Shown here one piece after another: positions 39,497 through 53,536 of a stretch of 64,000 bases of DNA. Source of the DNA: Balanoglossus misakiensis (lineage: Eukaryota > Animalia > Hemichordata). The position numbers and the translations under genes are program-made. Numbering within the stretch: the stretch's first letter is position 1; each line of letters opens with the position of its first letter. The notes below the pieces were generated by a model. It was not told the DNA's origin and searched no databases. It worked only from the letters and a program-made list of their open reading frames with translations. The stretch spans positions 10,519,995-10,583,994 of the forward strand of contig CM082585.2 of the NCBI GenBank assembly GCA_040954595.2, read 5' to 3'.

Positions 39497-42399
39497 GCAG
39501 AGAAGACTGAGTATTGTTCAGGTCTTGCAGAGAGATGATTTTGTTTGTCTTAATATCGTTATTAACACACAGCTGAAAAGAGACGTATTTCCCATCAAAA
39601 TGGTTCTGCAAAATATCATTTGATGCTGTTTTTAATTTTGAATATGGTATTGATAATAGCCATCACTTGGCTGCATGATAATCACATGATTGTGCAACTT
39701 GACCACATGATTGAAGTGTACAAATCACATTCAGTGACTCAGTCACAGATATGAAGAAGAATTACTGATAATTCCCAAATATCAAAATGCCAATTTATGG
39801 TTAGTGCCTCGGAGGGCTTTAAACCGTCTTTATGAAACAGCCAAGTAGAAACTTATGCCAAAGAGATATTCAGATTCGAAGAACGCCAAACCTAGAGAAT
39901 TTTTAGGAAAACTTAAGTTTGTACAGTAATTATTATTTTAAATATTTGTAAATTTCTTAGTAATGATTAATGTCTTTGTATGCACATAAGGTCGTTTTGA
40001 TTGTTATGGTAATTAACTAATATTAGCACTTCATGTTGAGGTTATTGATATTATTAGAATTGTGATTTTAACATTAATGTAGCATATCCGTCCTGAGAAA
40101 ACTTCAGTGCAGAATAACAACCATCCTTCTGGAAAAGTTAGTTTTATTTATGTTTGGAAAACTACCTCGTTTGTGCAGATAAACTCTACGTCACATCTTG
40201 TGTTCCTTTGATTGGTGGTTGCCAGCCAATCAGGAGTCATCGTCACACCTTATATTGACCAATAAGGTGTCTCTATGACATCTGAAGAAGGGATCCAGGA
40301 GTCTTCTTATCAACTGAAATATTACTTGTACATGTAGTAGTAGATTTATTTATGTCATTTCATACAGCAATCCATGCCAAAAATCATATAAAAAGCAGCC
40401 TGTTTGACTTGGAAACTGGACTATAATAAGACAGTAGAAAAAAGGATGTGACAAGATTTATCCACACCACAAAGCTCAGACATCAGTACTAAATGAACAT
40501 ACAATATATATTAGCATTTGCATTGGTCCTGTTTTCATACACTAAAAAATGTTTGTTTTTGTTACTGGGTGTATGTACAAAATAGTTGCGTCGAATTATT
40601 CACAATTGCCACTTTCAGTACAAATTGTAGTTTTGCATGACTTAATTGAAGCAGGTTTGTTTGTTGTGCCAAATTTGTCGTTCTGTTTATGGTGAAGGCT
40701 TCCAGTATTTTTCTAACTGTACTCAGAGTTGTATATACTTGTTGAATATATTTGAGATTTGTAGTCTTGTATATTTTTTTTTGCTGTTTCAGTGTTAATG
40801 TACAGCTAACATACAAAGAAATAAAAATTGTAATTCACAAGTCTGAATTTTATGTCTCTTACTGTTTTTCTAACAAAGTACACGTGTAGTAGATATTGGC
40901 AGTAGTCTGCGCACAACATTTTTTCCTGGAGTAGGCCTGGTTGCGCATGAAATGTTTTAACCCACTTGACAACTCAAACTTTTCCTTTGGGCAGCCGAAT
41001 GAAGAATATGACCACCTCTGTCAATAAACACATTATCACACACACAATTCATAAAAGGGGCCCAAAATTGGCATAAATAGGTTCCCACGTAAAAAAATTA
41101 ACAACCTTTGTTTACCCACATTGAAGACACAGACTAGCCGACAGAACCAGGAATAATCAGAGGAGAAAAAATGGTTTTCATGGAGTATGTATTTATCTAT
41201 TGTGTGCATTAATTTCTAATCAAAACAAAACATATATACATTCACTCCCTTGGTGGTAGACAGGTATGATTTATAGAAATCATCGCAAATACAAAGCTAT
41301 GGAAGTACAGGAGAGTACAAAAAATGTAAAAAAAATATGCGAAAATGTATGCATGTACGAGTGTGTTGTGCATGTTTTTGCATCTGTGTAAATGTACCAA
41401 GCTGTCTGATAGCGCCAAGATTACTAACTGCACTCGAACAAAAAACAGACTAAGGCATTGGAAATATACCAGCTGACTTCACATCAAACAATCAAAGAAT
41501 TCAATGTTATTCTCTGCACACAAATGATATGTAGCATAAACTCAAGCATAGATCTACACTTACAAAATACATCGTAAGTCCCTGCTCCTTAAAATAATTG
41601 ATATATCTGAATAATTGAAATAAAAATGGCAGTACACTCAAAGATATGAGAACCTTACGAAGGCCCTTGCATGGTGACTCAAGTTTATAGTATTTTTTTG
41701 CATCAGAATTGGAAACACTATGTACATGCTAGCTACATTTAATATAGTCTAGTTGTATTGTACTATCAGTAATTTGAAGAAATTTTTGCCATGACCCCTC
41801 AAGCAACCCACAAAGGCATAAAGTACTGAGAAATGAAAAAAACTTTTGAAACATTATAAAATAAATAATGGCCTTGTATTCATGTAGATAAGAATGTGTA
41901 TATTCTGTATAAGATTATATGAACGTAAATATGGATGTTCTAAATTACCAATATTTATCAAATAATAATCCCAATTACCTTAATAAGTTTTAAGAGCTAA
42001 CTGCATAATTTTTAATAAAAAAAAAAACAATGCTATGTGTAGACATTTATCACTTGGCTGTTTCGTTGTAGAAATTTGAAAATAATGTATGCTTTGTTTT
42101 GGCAGTGTTAAGTTTTGCACTGGAGTCCGGCAGTACGTAGTGGCAGTTGGCAGTCAAAGTGGCGAACTTTTGAGTCCCCCCCCCCCACCACCCAAAAAGC
42201 AATATATGGTTTGAAAAAAAAAATTCCAGACATATTATGAGGTATATGATTTGTGTCAGGTTTATCAAACACTGACTCCTGAACAGGCAAGCGCACATGT
42301 TAGCCACACTCATGATGCAGTACACTTGACATGAGTTAGCTGTGTGTGAATTCTATTTGGCTATGGAGCGAGAGCGCCACCACAGGCAGTGAGAGATTT

Positions 42400-45300
42400 T
42401 TAAGGTCTTGCTGCAGCAGCGGAGTGGACCAAAGCAACGGCCATACTCTTTATTTTCTTGGGTGTGAATGGTGGCAGATGATTGACAGGTGACATGACCT
42501 ATGGAAACAAATAGAAACAACCATAGATGATGTTAGAATTAACATTAAGGCTACATTATTGATGGAAGAATAACTGTCACTTTTAGTGCAATATGTCACT
42601 CTTGTTCAACTCAAAACAGAATGTTGCAATACCCAGTTGTTCAACTGGTTGACGCTGCCACCATTACTGTTGGTATTGTTCTTGTTGATAAACATCCAAT
42701 ATCAGAATGTCAACAACAAAACAAACAGCATGTATATATTATAAGTTTGCTGGGCATTTGAACATGCATTAACCTGTTAATCAACGTGTTCAGGTCCAAC
42801 TCCATCGTTAGCTATTGGCAAGTTATATATTTATGCCTGTAAACACGGAACTACTTTGACACATTTTAATAAGAGGACAGCAAAGAGATACTTTACATGT
42901 GTGAAGATGGTGTACAGATATGGATACAAGGTGTGTTTGAAATGCAAGAGATGGTTAATGACAATGATGGAGATGATGATTTTGACAGCTATGCATCACC
43001 ATAGTAACAGCCAGCCCCAGTTTTACACCAATGCCACATGCTCGATAGCACACAGTTGTCAAGAAATGTACGTGCAAACTCATGTTTGCTGAGGTGGAGG
43101 AGGGGGTGTGAGACATGCCTTCTACGTTGCAAGTTTTAACATTCTCTGCGTGCACAAAAATTAAACCCTTTCACATCTCTGTACTTCGGTTGAACCTGGG
43201 GTATGAAGAAATGGGGTGAAAGGGCTACGGTGAAAAGAATCATGCTTGTAATAATTGTTCTAGACATTTTTTTAAAACCTTGCCACCTTATTATCTCCAG
43301 TCCTGTAGGTTCATGCAAATGTGTAAATATTTCAACTTTTAGGATCCATGAGTCTAAAACATTGATTTTTTCACTGCACGAATGAAAGCTGGTGTTTTGT
43401 TTGTACCTTTGAGTAACAGCCCCACTTTTTTCTCTTTTTCACTTTTTCTTTTTCCGCGGAGACAAGAGAAGTTCACTCACTAAATAGGCATACTGAAAAG
43501 TAAGGAATAAGTGAAACAGAGAATAGTCAGTGAGTGTGCTGGGGTCAGGTTTGAAAGTGGCAAAGAGGATGTACAATATAAGATGTCTGATTCTAAAATA
43601 AACATTTGAAGACAATAGTGATCAATACAGTAACACAAAATTCTACCATATCACAAAAGAAAAATGACACGCTCTGAGTAGTACATGTTTTGAACTAAAA
43701 GATGGGGATAGCTGAACATGCAGATGTTTTTCCACAACGGAAACTGGAGAACCCCGGCAGTAAAAGTTGCGGAAGTTTTAACAGGAAGAGAAGGAAGCAC
43801 TGCAAGTGCAGGGCTCAAGCCTGGATGAGTGTGTTGAACTTGCACATAACTGACTTCATAGTATCAAGGCGTACTCTAACCCTTTCACGCACGTTTCCTC
43901 ATAAATTGGTTCACCCACACCATCGTAAACAATGGGTGGAACCAAAATGTAGGGGTGAAAGAGTCAAAAGTACAACCACGTCTACATTCAAGTCTGTAAC
44001 TTTACTAAAAGATTAGTTGTTGAGGTTGGTTAGGTAAAGGTAGGTAGCACGGTGTACAGCACTAGTTAATTCGGGCGTGCATGTCTTCTTTTTCCAACCG
44101 CTATACTTGGATTTCTTTTTACAGATTGCAGTGAGGGGAGAGTTAAACTGTGAAGACAGACAGAAAAGAAAAGAAAAGAGACACACTGAAGCAGACACTT
44201 GTTAGAATGTGAGTGTTAGTACGGATAAATGTGTGCAGTGTGTTTTAGATTATAGTTAACTCTAGTCAGAGGACAGATCAAGAAATCATTTTAAAGAGCA
44301 TGCTACATATAGCTAGCTGGTCACACAGAAAAATTAATGCCTCAATCCCTCAGTTTAAACACTGTGTCATTTTTATATGAAACTAAGAATCCAGCTGCTG
44401 CCTGAACAATGAATCTATCATCTATGATATGAACGGTGAACAGCAAATATCCATCACATCAGTTGTGTAAAGCTAATTCAGCTTTAGCTAACTCAATCAC
44501 CATATGGGTCCATTCGTAGGTCTTCCAGACTCTGAGTGAGATATCCATAGGATTCCTGGAACTCAGATGGGGAATAATTTAAGTCTATGTTGTTGAGTAC
44601 CTTTAGACTTGAACTGCTGGCTAGCCTGGCACCCATGACTTCACTGCCCTGTGGTGTGGCTGACTGTATGGAGGGGTTTCCCACGCTCCCGACCAAGGGG
44701 CTCATGCTGGTGGACATCATTGACTTGGCCCTCTGCACCAGTCGCCGTGGTGTCTTGTTGAATGAAAACGTCCTTCCCACTTTCTTCGTAGCTTTTCGTG
44801 CCACCCTGTTATGAAGAGAACAGTAGCTTAATTAACATCAAGGCCAGCTCTGCATCTCACTGCTTGAATACTTACAGGGGGTAACCGCCCTGATACCCTA
44901 TCATTCATGTGGGATCATTCACCGTACAATGTTCAACTTTTACAGAATATACTACCTGACAAAGAACCCTACCTTATAGCTCTGTTGAATTTTCCAACTT
45001 CCATATCACTCTTGGATATTTCTAATTCTTGAGGTTCTATTTGTGTCAGGAAATTCTCCGCATCAGCTTTACATGTTGTGTTGGCCATGTGCTTACACAG
45101 CATTCGCAACCATTTACTTTTGTTCTGCTCGTCACCCACCATCATGAACATGTAGAGCCTGTCCATCTCCTCGGCCGCCACAATCGGCGGTTTCACCAGC
45201 AAGGCAAATGCATTATGGCAGTCTAGAGACATTAGGGTGAATGAAAAAAAAAAGCAGATTATTTACTGAGTCTGCATTACAACGTCACACAAATTTACTT

Positions 45301-48300
45301 TCTGGAAACCGAAAATTCAGCATAGACACTGTTACCAAGTGAGCTACGTTGACAAAAATTTCACATGAACGCAATGAATGATTCTTGTGATTAGAGGGCA
45401 GATCATTTTTGGGGGAAGATTTTTACCTTCTGTTTCATTAATATCTAGGACTCTCCTGATGTGTGACAGCTGTAACAGGCCAAGGTGCTTGTAACCTTTC
45501 TGTGGTCCCTTCATTGAAGACGCAGGGCTCTTGTAGGAATTCACTATCTTGCTACGTCTCTTGCAAACCTAGGCCATCAAAGAACAGAAACTTTAATTCT
45601 AGAAAAATGGATTGAGACTTTATGTACCATGTAATACTGTAACCACCATCACGACTACAACTGCTGGTGAAATACAAGTACAAGTACAGGAATTGGATTA
45701 TTTTCAAGCAAGTGACAGTTAATCTTACCTCCAAGCTATCATTGAAGAGGAAGAGAGTCACATTTCCACCCTTGTCACCAAAGCTGTCTCCTTTGCCAGT
45801 TTCCTTGTCACCGATTTCCACTGTGTCACATTTCATGACGAAGCTGCGATGCGATGAGAGCAGATGGGCCGGTACACCTTCTATGTCATTGATGATGTCA
45901 AACATCGTAGTGTGGCCCTCAGTTTTCCGCTTGTCTTCATTGATATGCCTGCCAAAAAAGGTGTCTCTTGTAAGAATATCCAGACTCTTAATTTTGCATT
46001 TTTTATGCTAATTATAAACCCATCTCTCCCTTTTTTTTAAATTTTCAAAACTTGATGAACTGAGCAAAAGTGAACATATCTGCTGATGTATAAACAACTA
46101 AAAATTTGTATTCAAAGTAAATCAGCTTGTAAGTTGTATTCAGTATCGGACATACGTTGTGATTAACTTCACTTACTGTGTGACTTCTTTAACATCTACC
46201 AAAGCCAGTTCTAGTTGCTCGCTATCTGGATTACTTTTCTCTGTTCGTTTGAGTAAATCTGGACGTGACATTGAAAGAGAATAGAAATGGGTGATGATAA
46301 AGATACAGTGAAGACTATAGCGCATCCACACACACCACCAAAAATAAATACCAGGATGCAAGTCCATGTACTGATTATAATAACGGCCAATTGAAACCTG
46401 TAATGTCTTCTAAAGTATGCAATAAACTGAGCTCACCTTGTAATAGTAATATCATACTTGGTAACCTTTGGACTGGTCTGATCAGCAGCTCTGCTAATGT
46501 CTGTCTGCCACATTCTGGTTTGGACTGACAAATCTGTACAAATAGGAATTCACATTGTTAGTATGACCTTTCAGTGAAACCTTACCTGGACTCTTGGTAA
46601 TTATGCAAACAAAGTCTATGTATCAACACATGGTTTGCACGAAGGTAAAATATCCACTGTGATTACTAGCAGCGCAGAATAGACCCATCATGATCTTACC
46701 TTCAGGAAGGCGTGGAACCTCGGTTTCTGTCTGTCACATCTCTGCAAGGTCTCCTTCGTCATTTCAAAATAATTCACAAACGGTGGATATGCTTTCATCA
46801 TGTCACTGGACTGCAAATCAAACACAGAATACAATATGAAATTCACGGCAGCCAACATATACAAACACGTATTCTGAATACTAAAAAATGAAGTTTTATG
46901 TGATCATTTATATTAAATGTATGTATTTTAGGTTTATTGAGCACTGGAAAGATACTGCTAATATATTCTAAAAAAATCTTGATAGCAATTTTTGGCCCTT
47001 TCGGAGTTTCCATAGGAGCATGGTATTTGAATGATAACGATTTAAAAATCAATGACAAATACTCACATGTTTACGGATAATTTGCCCAACACTTTGATCC
47101 TCAGAATAGGTTGCCACAAGCTCTGCCAAGTCATCCCGGAGTTTGACGTGCAACTCGTAGATGTCCGGTATTTTACCAAAGATAGTCTTGATGTCTTCGG
47201 CAGCCAAGATGGGGCCACCAGCTGGGTTGACTTCCAGTGGATCTTTGAAAACCTGTCTCATAAAAATAAATAAAACGTCATCAGAAAAACACAGTTGTTA
47301 TCATAGATTTGTTATTGAGTATATTTCAATGTTCTTTATTAGGGCTAATACATGTACACTGTAAATGATATTGTATCTCCCTTGGAGACATCCCATTGTC
47401 CAAAAGATGGATTATGTTACCATAGCTACACACAATGTCTCTAGGTGTACCCTGGGAAAGTTCATGTACAGGTTTCCCAATGCAGTTCAGGGGCATCTGC
47501 ATTTGCCCACAAATACCTTCATGACAATGATGATTTAACATGACAACTGTTTGTCATGGTTTTGAAAATTAGATGTGCATGGATGAAAATGCTAGTGTGT
47601 ACACTGGTCACTCAATGAAGCTAGAACTTTAATATCATGCATTCAAAAATTATCATTAAAATTAGATATTTTAAAGGTAATATATTGAAGGATTGAAATT
47701 ACCAGGCAGTGATTAAGGTGAATTTGTAAAATTGATGAGAATGCAAAAAATATATCTCCTTTGAGCATAAGGGTAAAACAATGGCTACATATGTCAACAT
47801 CAACAAAACAAAACAGCACTACCTTTAAAATTGTGTGAAGAATTCCCACATAGTTTTTCTCAGTTTGAAGCAACTCCATGATAATCTGTTGTCTTTTGCT
47901 CAGTATTACAGGCGGTGGCGCTGGTACTGGTGTTGAAATGGTGTTTTCTTCTGTTGGTTCAGTCTCAGCTGAAAAGCAATTTCCAACATGTCACAGAGTG
48001 ATCGCATAACACTGTTACCAAAAAGTACATTTACAGGTGTGTGTACAAAAAAAAGGTATATAATTCGCTCTATGGCAAGGGATGGCAAAACAAGGTTAAA
48101 CTTACGAGCTTCCACTAGTACTGCTGATGAGTCTGGTGTTTGAGACGCATCTATGAAGGACATGGATGCAGACAGTAATCCGGCTTCGCTGGATCGTCTC
48201 TTGCGCGCTGGCATGAACGGGGATTCATTCTGCTCGCTCTCTCTGGACAAGGCAGCGATGCTCTCACGCAGTCTTCTGCGCTTGCGTGACCTCGATGGCG

Positions 48301-50750
48301 TGAGCGGCGTGGTTGACCGGCAAGCACTGGGAGAAGGGGTCTGGAATAATACAATAGAAATGTCATGCTTTTTAAGGGTTTCTGGGAAACGACGCTGTTC
48401 CTGGTGATTGGGTTTCAGCGTCATTTTCATAACTTCTGTGAAACCCCCACATTAAAAATAGGAAGCCAGGACAATGAACACCTAATTAAAATCAAACATG
48501 ATGCACATCATTCTTCTGTACTTTCACTCGCTGGGTTTGTGAAAGTACTGATGCAGAATTCACAGCATCGCTTATTCAAAATAATTTCTCTCAGCACAGA
48601 ACATACCTTTTCAAACTGATACAAGCTCTCATCTGCACAGGCTGCCATCTGTATACTTGCCCAAAACCACTACAGATAAAGAGAAAAAAAAATAAGTTTC
48701 ATCTCATCAGTACCATAAAGATGCTTCAGGCATATCACATGAACTCAAATATTGTTAAAATATATTTTGAGTGTGGGAAACACTTGGGAATTTGCATACT
48801 AACCTCTGCCTTGACAATATGAATTTTAAAATTGTTCTTAAATGGTAGCTCCTTGACTGTGCTGTCATCAACAACCAGATGCGTACAGCTGTGGTCACCA
48901 ACCGGTGCAAAAGTTCCACCTGGGAAGAATGAATACACACAATAAAAAAAATCAACTGCCGTGTTGATACAGCATTTCAAGCACCGAGGTTTGAACAGAT
49001 TCCAGGGACGGCCTCAGGCCCATGACCCTGTACATTACCTTGCATTTCAGTGATTTCTTCCATGTGTGTCTTTTCATCGTCTGAGAAACCCAGGAAGCTA
49101 AGGCAGCAGCAAAACAATGGCATCATCTTGAACTGCATCTGTGGAGAGATCCGTTCATATTTACCTGTTATTATGGACACATTCATTCCCAATACATTTT
49201 AATGTGACAAATCTAGAATGGCCAATACTTACATTTACAAATAAGGCAGTTAAGTGTCATTATTATAGAGCACAAAATTACAAGACATCAGTTATTTACA
49301 ATGCAACCACAGAACCCGTGAATCTGCAGGAGGGTGGTATGTACTGTGTACAACTACTTACCATGTCCTCATCAATTGCAGATGAACCAATATCATTCCG
49401 TCTGCTCCAGGATTGATTAACCCACTGCTCTGTCATTACTGGTGTGCCCAAACACACAGCAGTCTGAGAAAAATATCACAGAAAAAAGAAATCAGACACT
49501 TCATTTTTGCCAGTGTCCACTCTAACTGAACAAATACGATTTTTGAAATCTTATGTGTCAAGTTGGAATGAAAGAATTCCACTCCTTGTTTTTACATAAC
49601 ATGAACAATCCTTGAGTGTTGGTTGTCTATAAAATTTACAGAACAAAAATCAAAAATAATTTCACTAACCCTGTATTTATTGCCATTGGTTGAGTTAGCA
49701 ACAAGATGGGTGACCCTTGTGCTGAAATCCTTGCGTATACTCCCACCCATGTGATGAACCAAGTTGACCAGGTGAGTGATCTCTTCTTTGTTGCGGAAAC
49801 CGGTGAAACATATGATAAGTTGCGACATCAGAGTGCAGTAAAGGGGCCTGTTGTTGCATGGTAATGGCTGGAATTACAATATAGTGTAATTAAGTATATT
49901 GTTGATTTTTCAGTTTTGTATAATAATTACCAAGACACTTGTTTGTTTCTATGGGCAATATGATCAGTGGATCTGTTAGCAATGACCAGTGACTGTGTAT
50001 ACATTGTCACTCATCAAACCAGCTCTGCCAGATTCACTGATGTTGCAAGTAGAAACAAATATCAATACACACCTCCCGCTTGTCAGCACATTTCAACAAT
50101 ACCGGCGGACCCATTATTCTGAAATATTCCAGGCGCCGTATGAAGTCATAGTCGGGGCCTTCAAACTTATGGAATACAAAGACAGTGTCATAGTTGTCGA
50201 CTGCATCACTGGTGTACTCCCTTCCATTCTTTGAATGAACGACAGGAAAACCAAGCTCCTTCAGGGAAAAAAGTAAACAGAAAAGTTAATTAATGGCAAA
50301 GGGGTGTTTTATCCAAATGTAGGCATCTAATCAAATGGTGAATGGCTACTAAGGTGCCTTTGGGCTAAAAAAAAAAAAAAAAGAGTGTGGAAGCACAGCT
50401 TTGCAGTGGGAGTTGTGAATGTTGATGTGCTGTCTAAGGTCATTCAATGGTCAACCACATGGCTAAAGGAAGGAAACGTTGCTCTATGTACCTTTACTGC
50501 AGCTAAAAGGGTGTCATCATTGTATGTCTCTTCTCCAACAAGACATATCCTTGTTTCCAAAGCTGAGGGGTCTGTCCAGAAAAAGTATGTGGTAATACAG
50601 GGTTTTAGTTATCGATCATGTAAAAAAACATCACAACACATTCTTCCAACAACAGCAATTAACATTTTGAACTAGGCAGTAACACAACTGTAATGTATCA
50701 TAAAATAATTGGTTCTTACCTTTCATGTCTGTTACGTCTGAATCTGCCAT
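42400..50750 (-). CDS. ECT2: RhoA GEF ECT2/Pebble (BRCT repeats, DH, PH; ~20 exons; identity of the last exon uncertain)
   Basis: ATG at 50750. BRCT LIICFTGFRNKEE...LVHHMGGSIRKDFSTRVTHLVAN; NLS loop RSRKRRRLRE; DH MELLQTEKNYVGILHTILK and ECGRQTLAELLIRPVQRLPSM; PH DIEGVPAHLLSSHRSF...LFLFNDSLE; C-tail RTFSFNKTPRR. The most distal candidate last exon is 42498-42400. Confidence 0.94.
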
Positions 50751-51352
50751 CTTAAAATAAAATGTCGATTGGTCAGGTCACAATATGCAGCCTGAACATT
50801 CCACAAAACCGACGGAATCTGGTGTAGCCGAGCAAAAAAACACACCGTCGTTATGCCGCTGTCTGTATATTTACTGACTATTTTGCTTAATTTCCGCTGT
50901 GTCAGTAATTTAAATCGATATTCCGACGAATGCAAATGCGGCTATCAGACACAATAACAGATTTTGAATTTTGCGGTCCTCTACGTTTGAAGTCTTGAAT
51001 GGTTTGTATCCGGCAACCTGATTGGCTGAATTTGTCATGTGGTCTATTTCTTTCTCCAAAGTGGACAAAATACGACAAATGAACGTTATACAGGGTTTAT
51101 TAAGTATATTATGACTAATTTTACAGCTTTCCCATCCCAGAATTGCACAAAATATGATAACTTTTATGGTGTGTGTCTCACGACAACCTCATATAATGTA
51201 TGGTTTATCCGCCAATCACGTAACGTTTAACACTGGAACCCCGGAAGTGATCGAATATCACTGACAATATATCTGCGCATGAGCTGTATCGCCAACAGCA
51301 GGAAAAACAAAAGGAGCAGAGGGGAGACAACTGTATCGTCGTACAGAAAACC
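50751..51352. promoter_or_regulatory. Bidirectional promoter of ECT2/ZNHIT1 with CHR-like, CCAAT and ETS motifs
   Basis: TTTGAA at 50963 and 50986, CTTGAA at 50994, ATTGG at 51021, CCAAT at 51212, CCGGAAGTG at 51241, TGCGCATG at ~51274. The divergent ATGs are 602 bp apart. Confidence 0.6.
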
Positions 51353-52576
51353 ATGGGTGATAGAAGAGAATCGGGTACGATTATTGCTAAACATTTTCTG
51401 TAGCGGTATAATTGTGTTAGTCTGTGTTCGTTAGACCAGTATGTGGGAGAGTTTCACGTCTCGATTCGATGCTGTCTCCCTCTATCGATTGTAGTAGTGA
51501 CAACATTGATATGCATTTCAATGTAAATTCCTATTCCAAAGGGAGACTGAAAGATGTAAACCAAAGGAGGGTTTTGGATGCAGCAACAAGACACCGAAGA
51601 CAGAAACGGCAGTTGGAGTCACTGGAAAAAGACAACTTCCAGGAAGATCCGCACGCCAACCTTCCATTTGCAAACAAAAAGCTGCCACAATTTGATGCCA
51701 ATGATGGCAACGGTAAGTTCATCATAATTCCATCCTTTCCTTACCTCATCTTGTCTCTCAAACTCTAGTATCATTTGAGGAACAGGCACTTCTAAAAATA
51801 TTGATATTTATTTGCAGTAAAAAAGAAAAAGAAGACCAGAGGTGATCATTTCAAACAGCGTTTCCGTAAGAACTTCAATGCCTTGCTGGAAGAGGAACAG
51901 TTGACAATGCCAGAACCACCAAACTATGTCACAGCAAACGTGCCTCCATCAAAGTTTCCAGAGAGGAAATTCTGTGCTATCTGTGGATATCCTTTCAAAT
52001 ATAGACATTTCCATATTCTGTTTAGGTATGATTAAAGTTTATTATTACCCAGAACAAGATGGCTTCTCTGTCTGTATATTCATGACACATGAAAAGCCTA
52101 TGGAAAACACATTAGAAACCATCTTTTATCTGGGGAATAAACTGTTGTCACATAGTGCAACCATATTGGTATTCACGCAATGGCCATGTAAGTGTATTCC
52201 ACTTTTGAAGACATTATTACAGACACACCAAGGTACCACCACTGTAGAGGAGACATTGGTGCAAGTTTCATGTCTGATTTACCTCCTTAACAATACATAC
52301 ATTTCCGTCCAACTACACCTGTGTATCTTGTGGAGCGAAGTACTGTTGTGTGAAATGTCTAGCAACTCACCAAGACACAAGGTAAAGTGTACCACCATGA
52401 AAAATTCCTTGCTTGCATGCAGGTTTCTCAGACATTAAGATACACTCACATTCACAAATGTAGTTTTGTATGCTTTCTGTTTTTGAAATCAGACATGATC
52501 CTGTACAAATACTGAATTGTATTCATCAGACTTTTATCAAACTTTTTATTTCAGGTGCTTGAAGTGGACAGTTTGA
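51353..52576 (+). CDS. ZNHIT1: Zinc finger HIT domain protein 1 (Vps71/SWC6, SRCAP complex; exons 51353-51374, 51542-51712, 51818-51986, 52301-52381, 52555-52576)
   Basis: QRRVLDAATRHRR...LESLEKDNFQEDPHA...RGDHFKQRFRKNF...NYVTA...FCAICG|FPSNYTCVSCGAKYCCVKCLATHQDTR|CLKWTV* has the ZNHIT1 C-terminal HIT finger. Confidence 0.96.
51987..52300 (+). other. U12-type (minor spliceosome) AT-AC intron in ZNHIT1
   Basis: 5' site ATATCCTTTC, branch sequence TCCTTAAC at 52284-52291, AC end at 52299-52300. Splicing restores CG|FPS in frame. Confidence 0.93.
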
Positions 52577-53536
52577 AAGCACCAGCCAGGTCAGCACGCC
52601 CTTGAGATGGCCGCATGCGGAGCTTATGTGACAGTGATAAGACACTAGTACTATGAGCTGGGTGGTCTTGACATGACCTTAACAAAAGCCAGATCTGTGT
52701 GACCGTGTTACGTTGGCTGGGATCTGATGTGTGTAAATGTAACGGACCCGCAAGGTTGATCTATGTAACCATAGGACCATGAACTCTGCAAGCCAGCTAT
52801 GTTTTGTCTCAGATCAAACACACACACTAGCTACATTAAAAGGCAGGACTATCTAAAAGGGGCTTGAGTACAATATCACACTTCAAGTGAAGATGTCTTG
52901 AATGTCATGTTATCTGTGATAGAGAGCAGTCTTGTGAACTATGCTACATGCATTCTTGGTGTAACACATGTAATCTACACCTAGGAAATAATGAATTATT
53001 TTAAAGATGAAAACTTACAGAAACATGGAACTTTTCTTTGATTTGAAGCAAATCAATGTTGCTTTGTATTCACTGATGTGTATTTTTATCAAGAATAAAT
53101 ATTTTGTTCACATAATCTTGTACTTATCTTCTGGTGCATCAGAAATACGTCATTCAAAATAGTTTGTTGGAGTTCAGGTTGACAAATTTTCTACTACGAT
53201 CTGCAGACATAAAAAACGTCGCTTGGTGGCGCTATTGGTAACCCTTACATATACTTACTGGTTCAGGGGGTGTCAACATTTGAGAATGGAAGGCGTACTT
53301 TGATTGCATTGCTACAATGAGCCGTATTTTACACCCCGTATAATAAGATTAAATATTCCTATTGTGCATGTACATTTCCCCCAATATTCGTGACGTAATC
53401 AAAACATTTGATTCTGCAACTTCATTTCATTGTTTTCACTAAACGTGAGTCAGTCACTTCAAGCTAGGTTTGTGTGTGTTGGCTACATAACGTGGGGATG
53501 GTGACACAGTGAAAGTGCGACCAGGCCTCTGACAAG

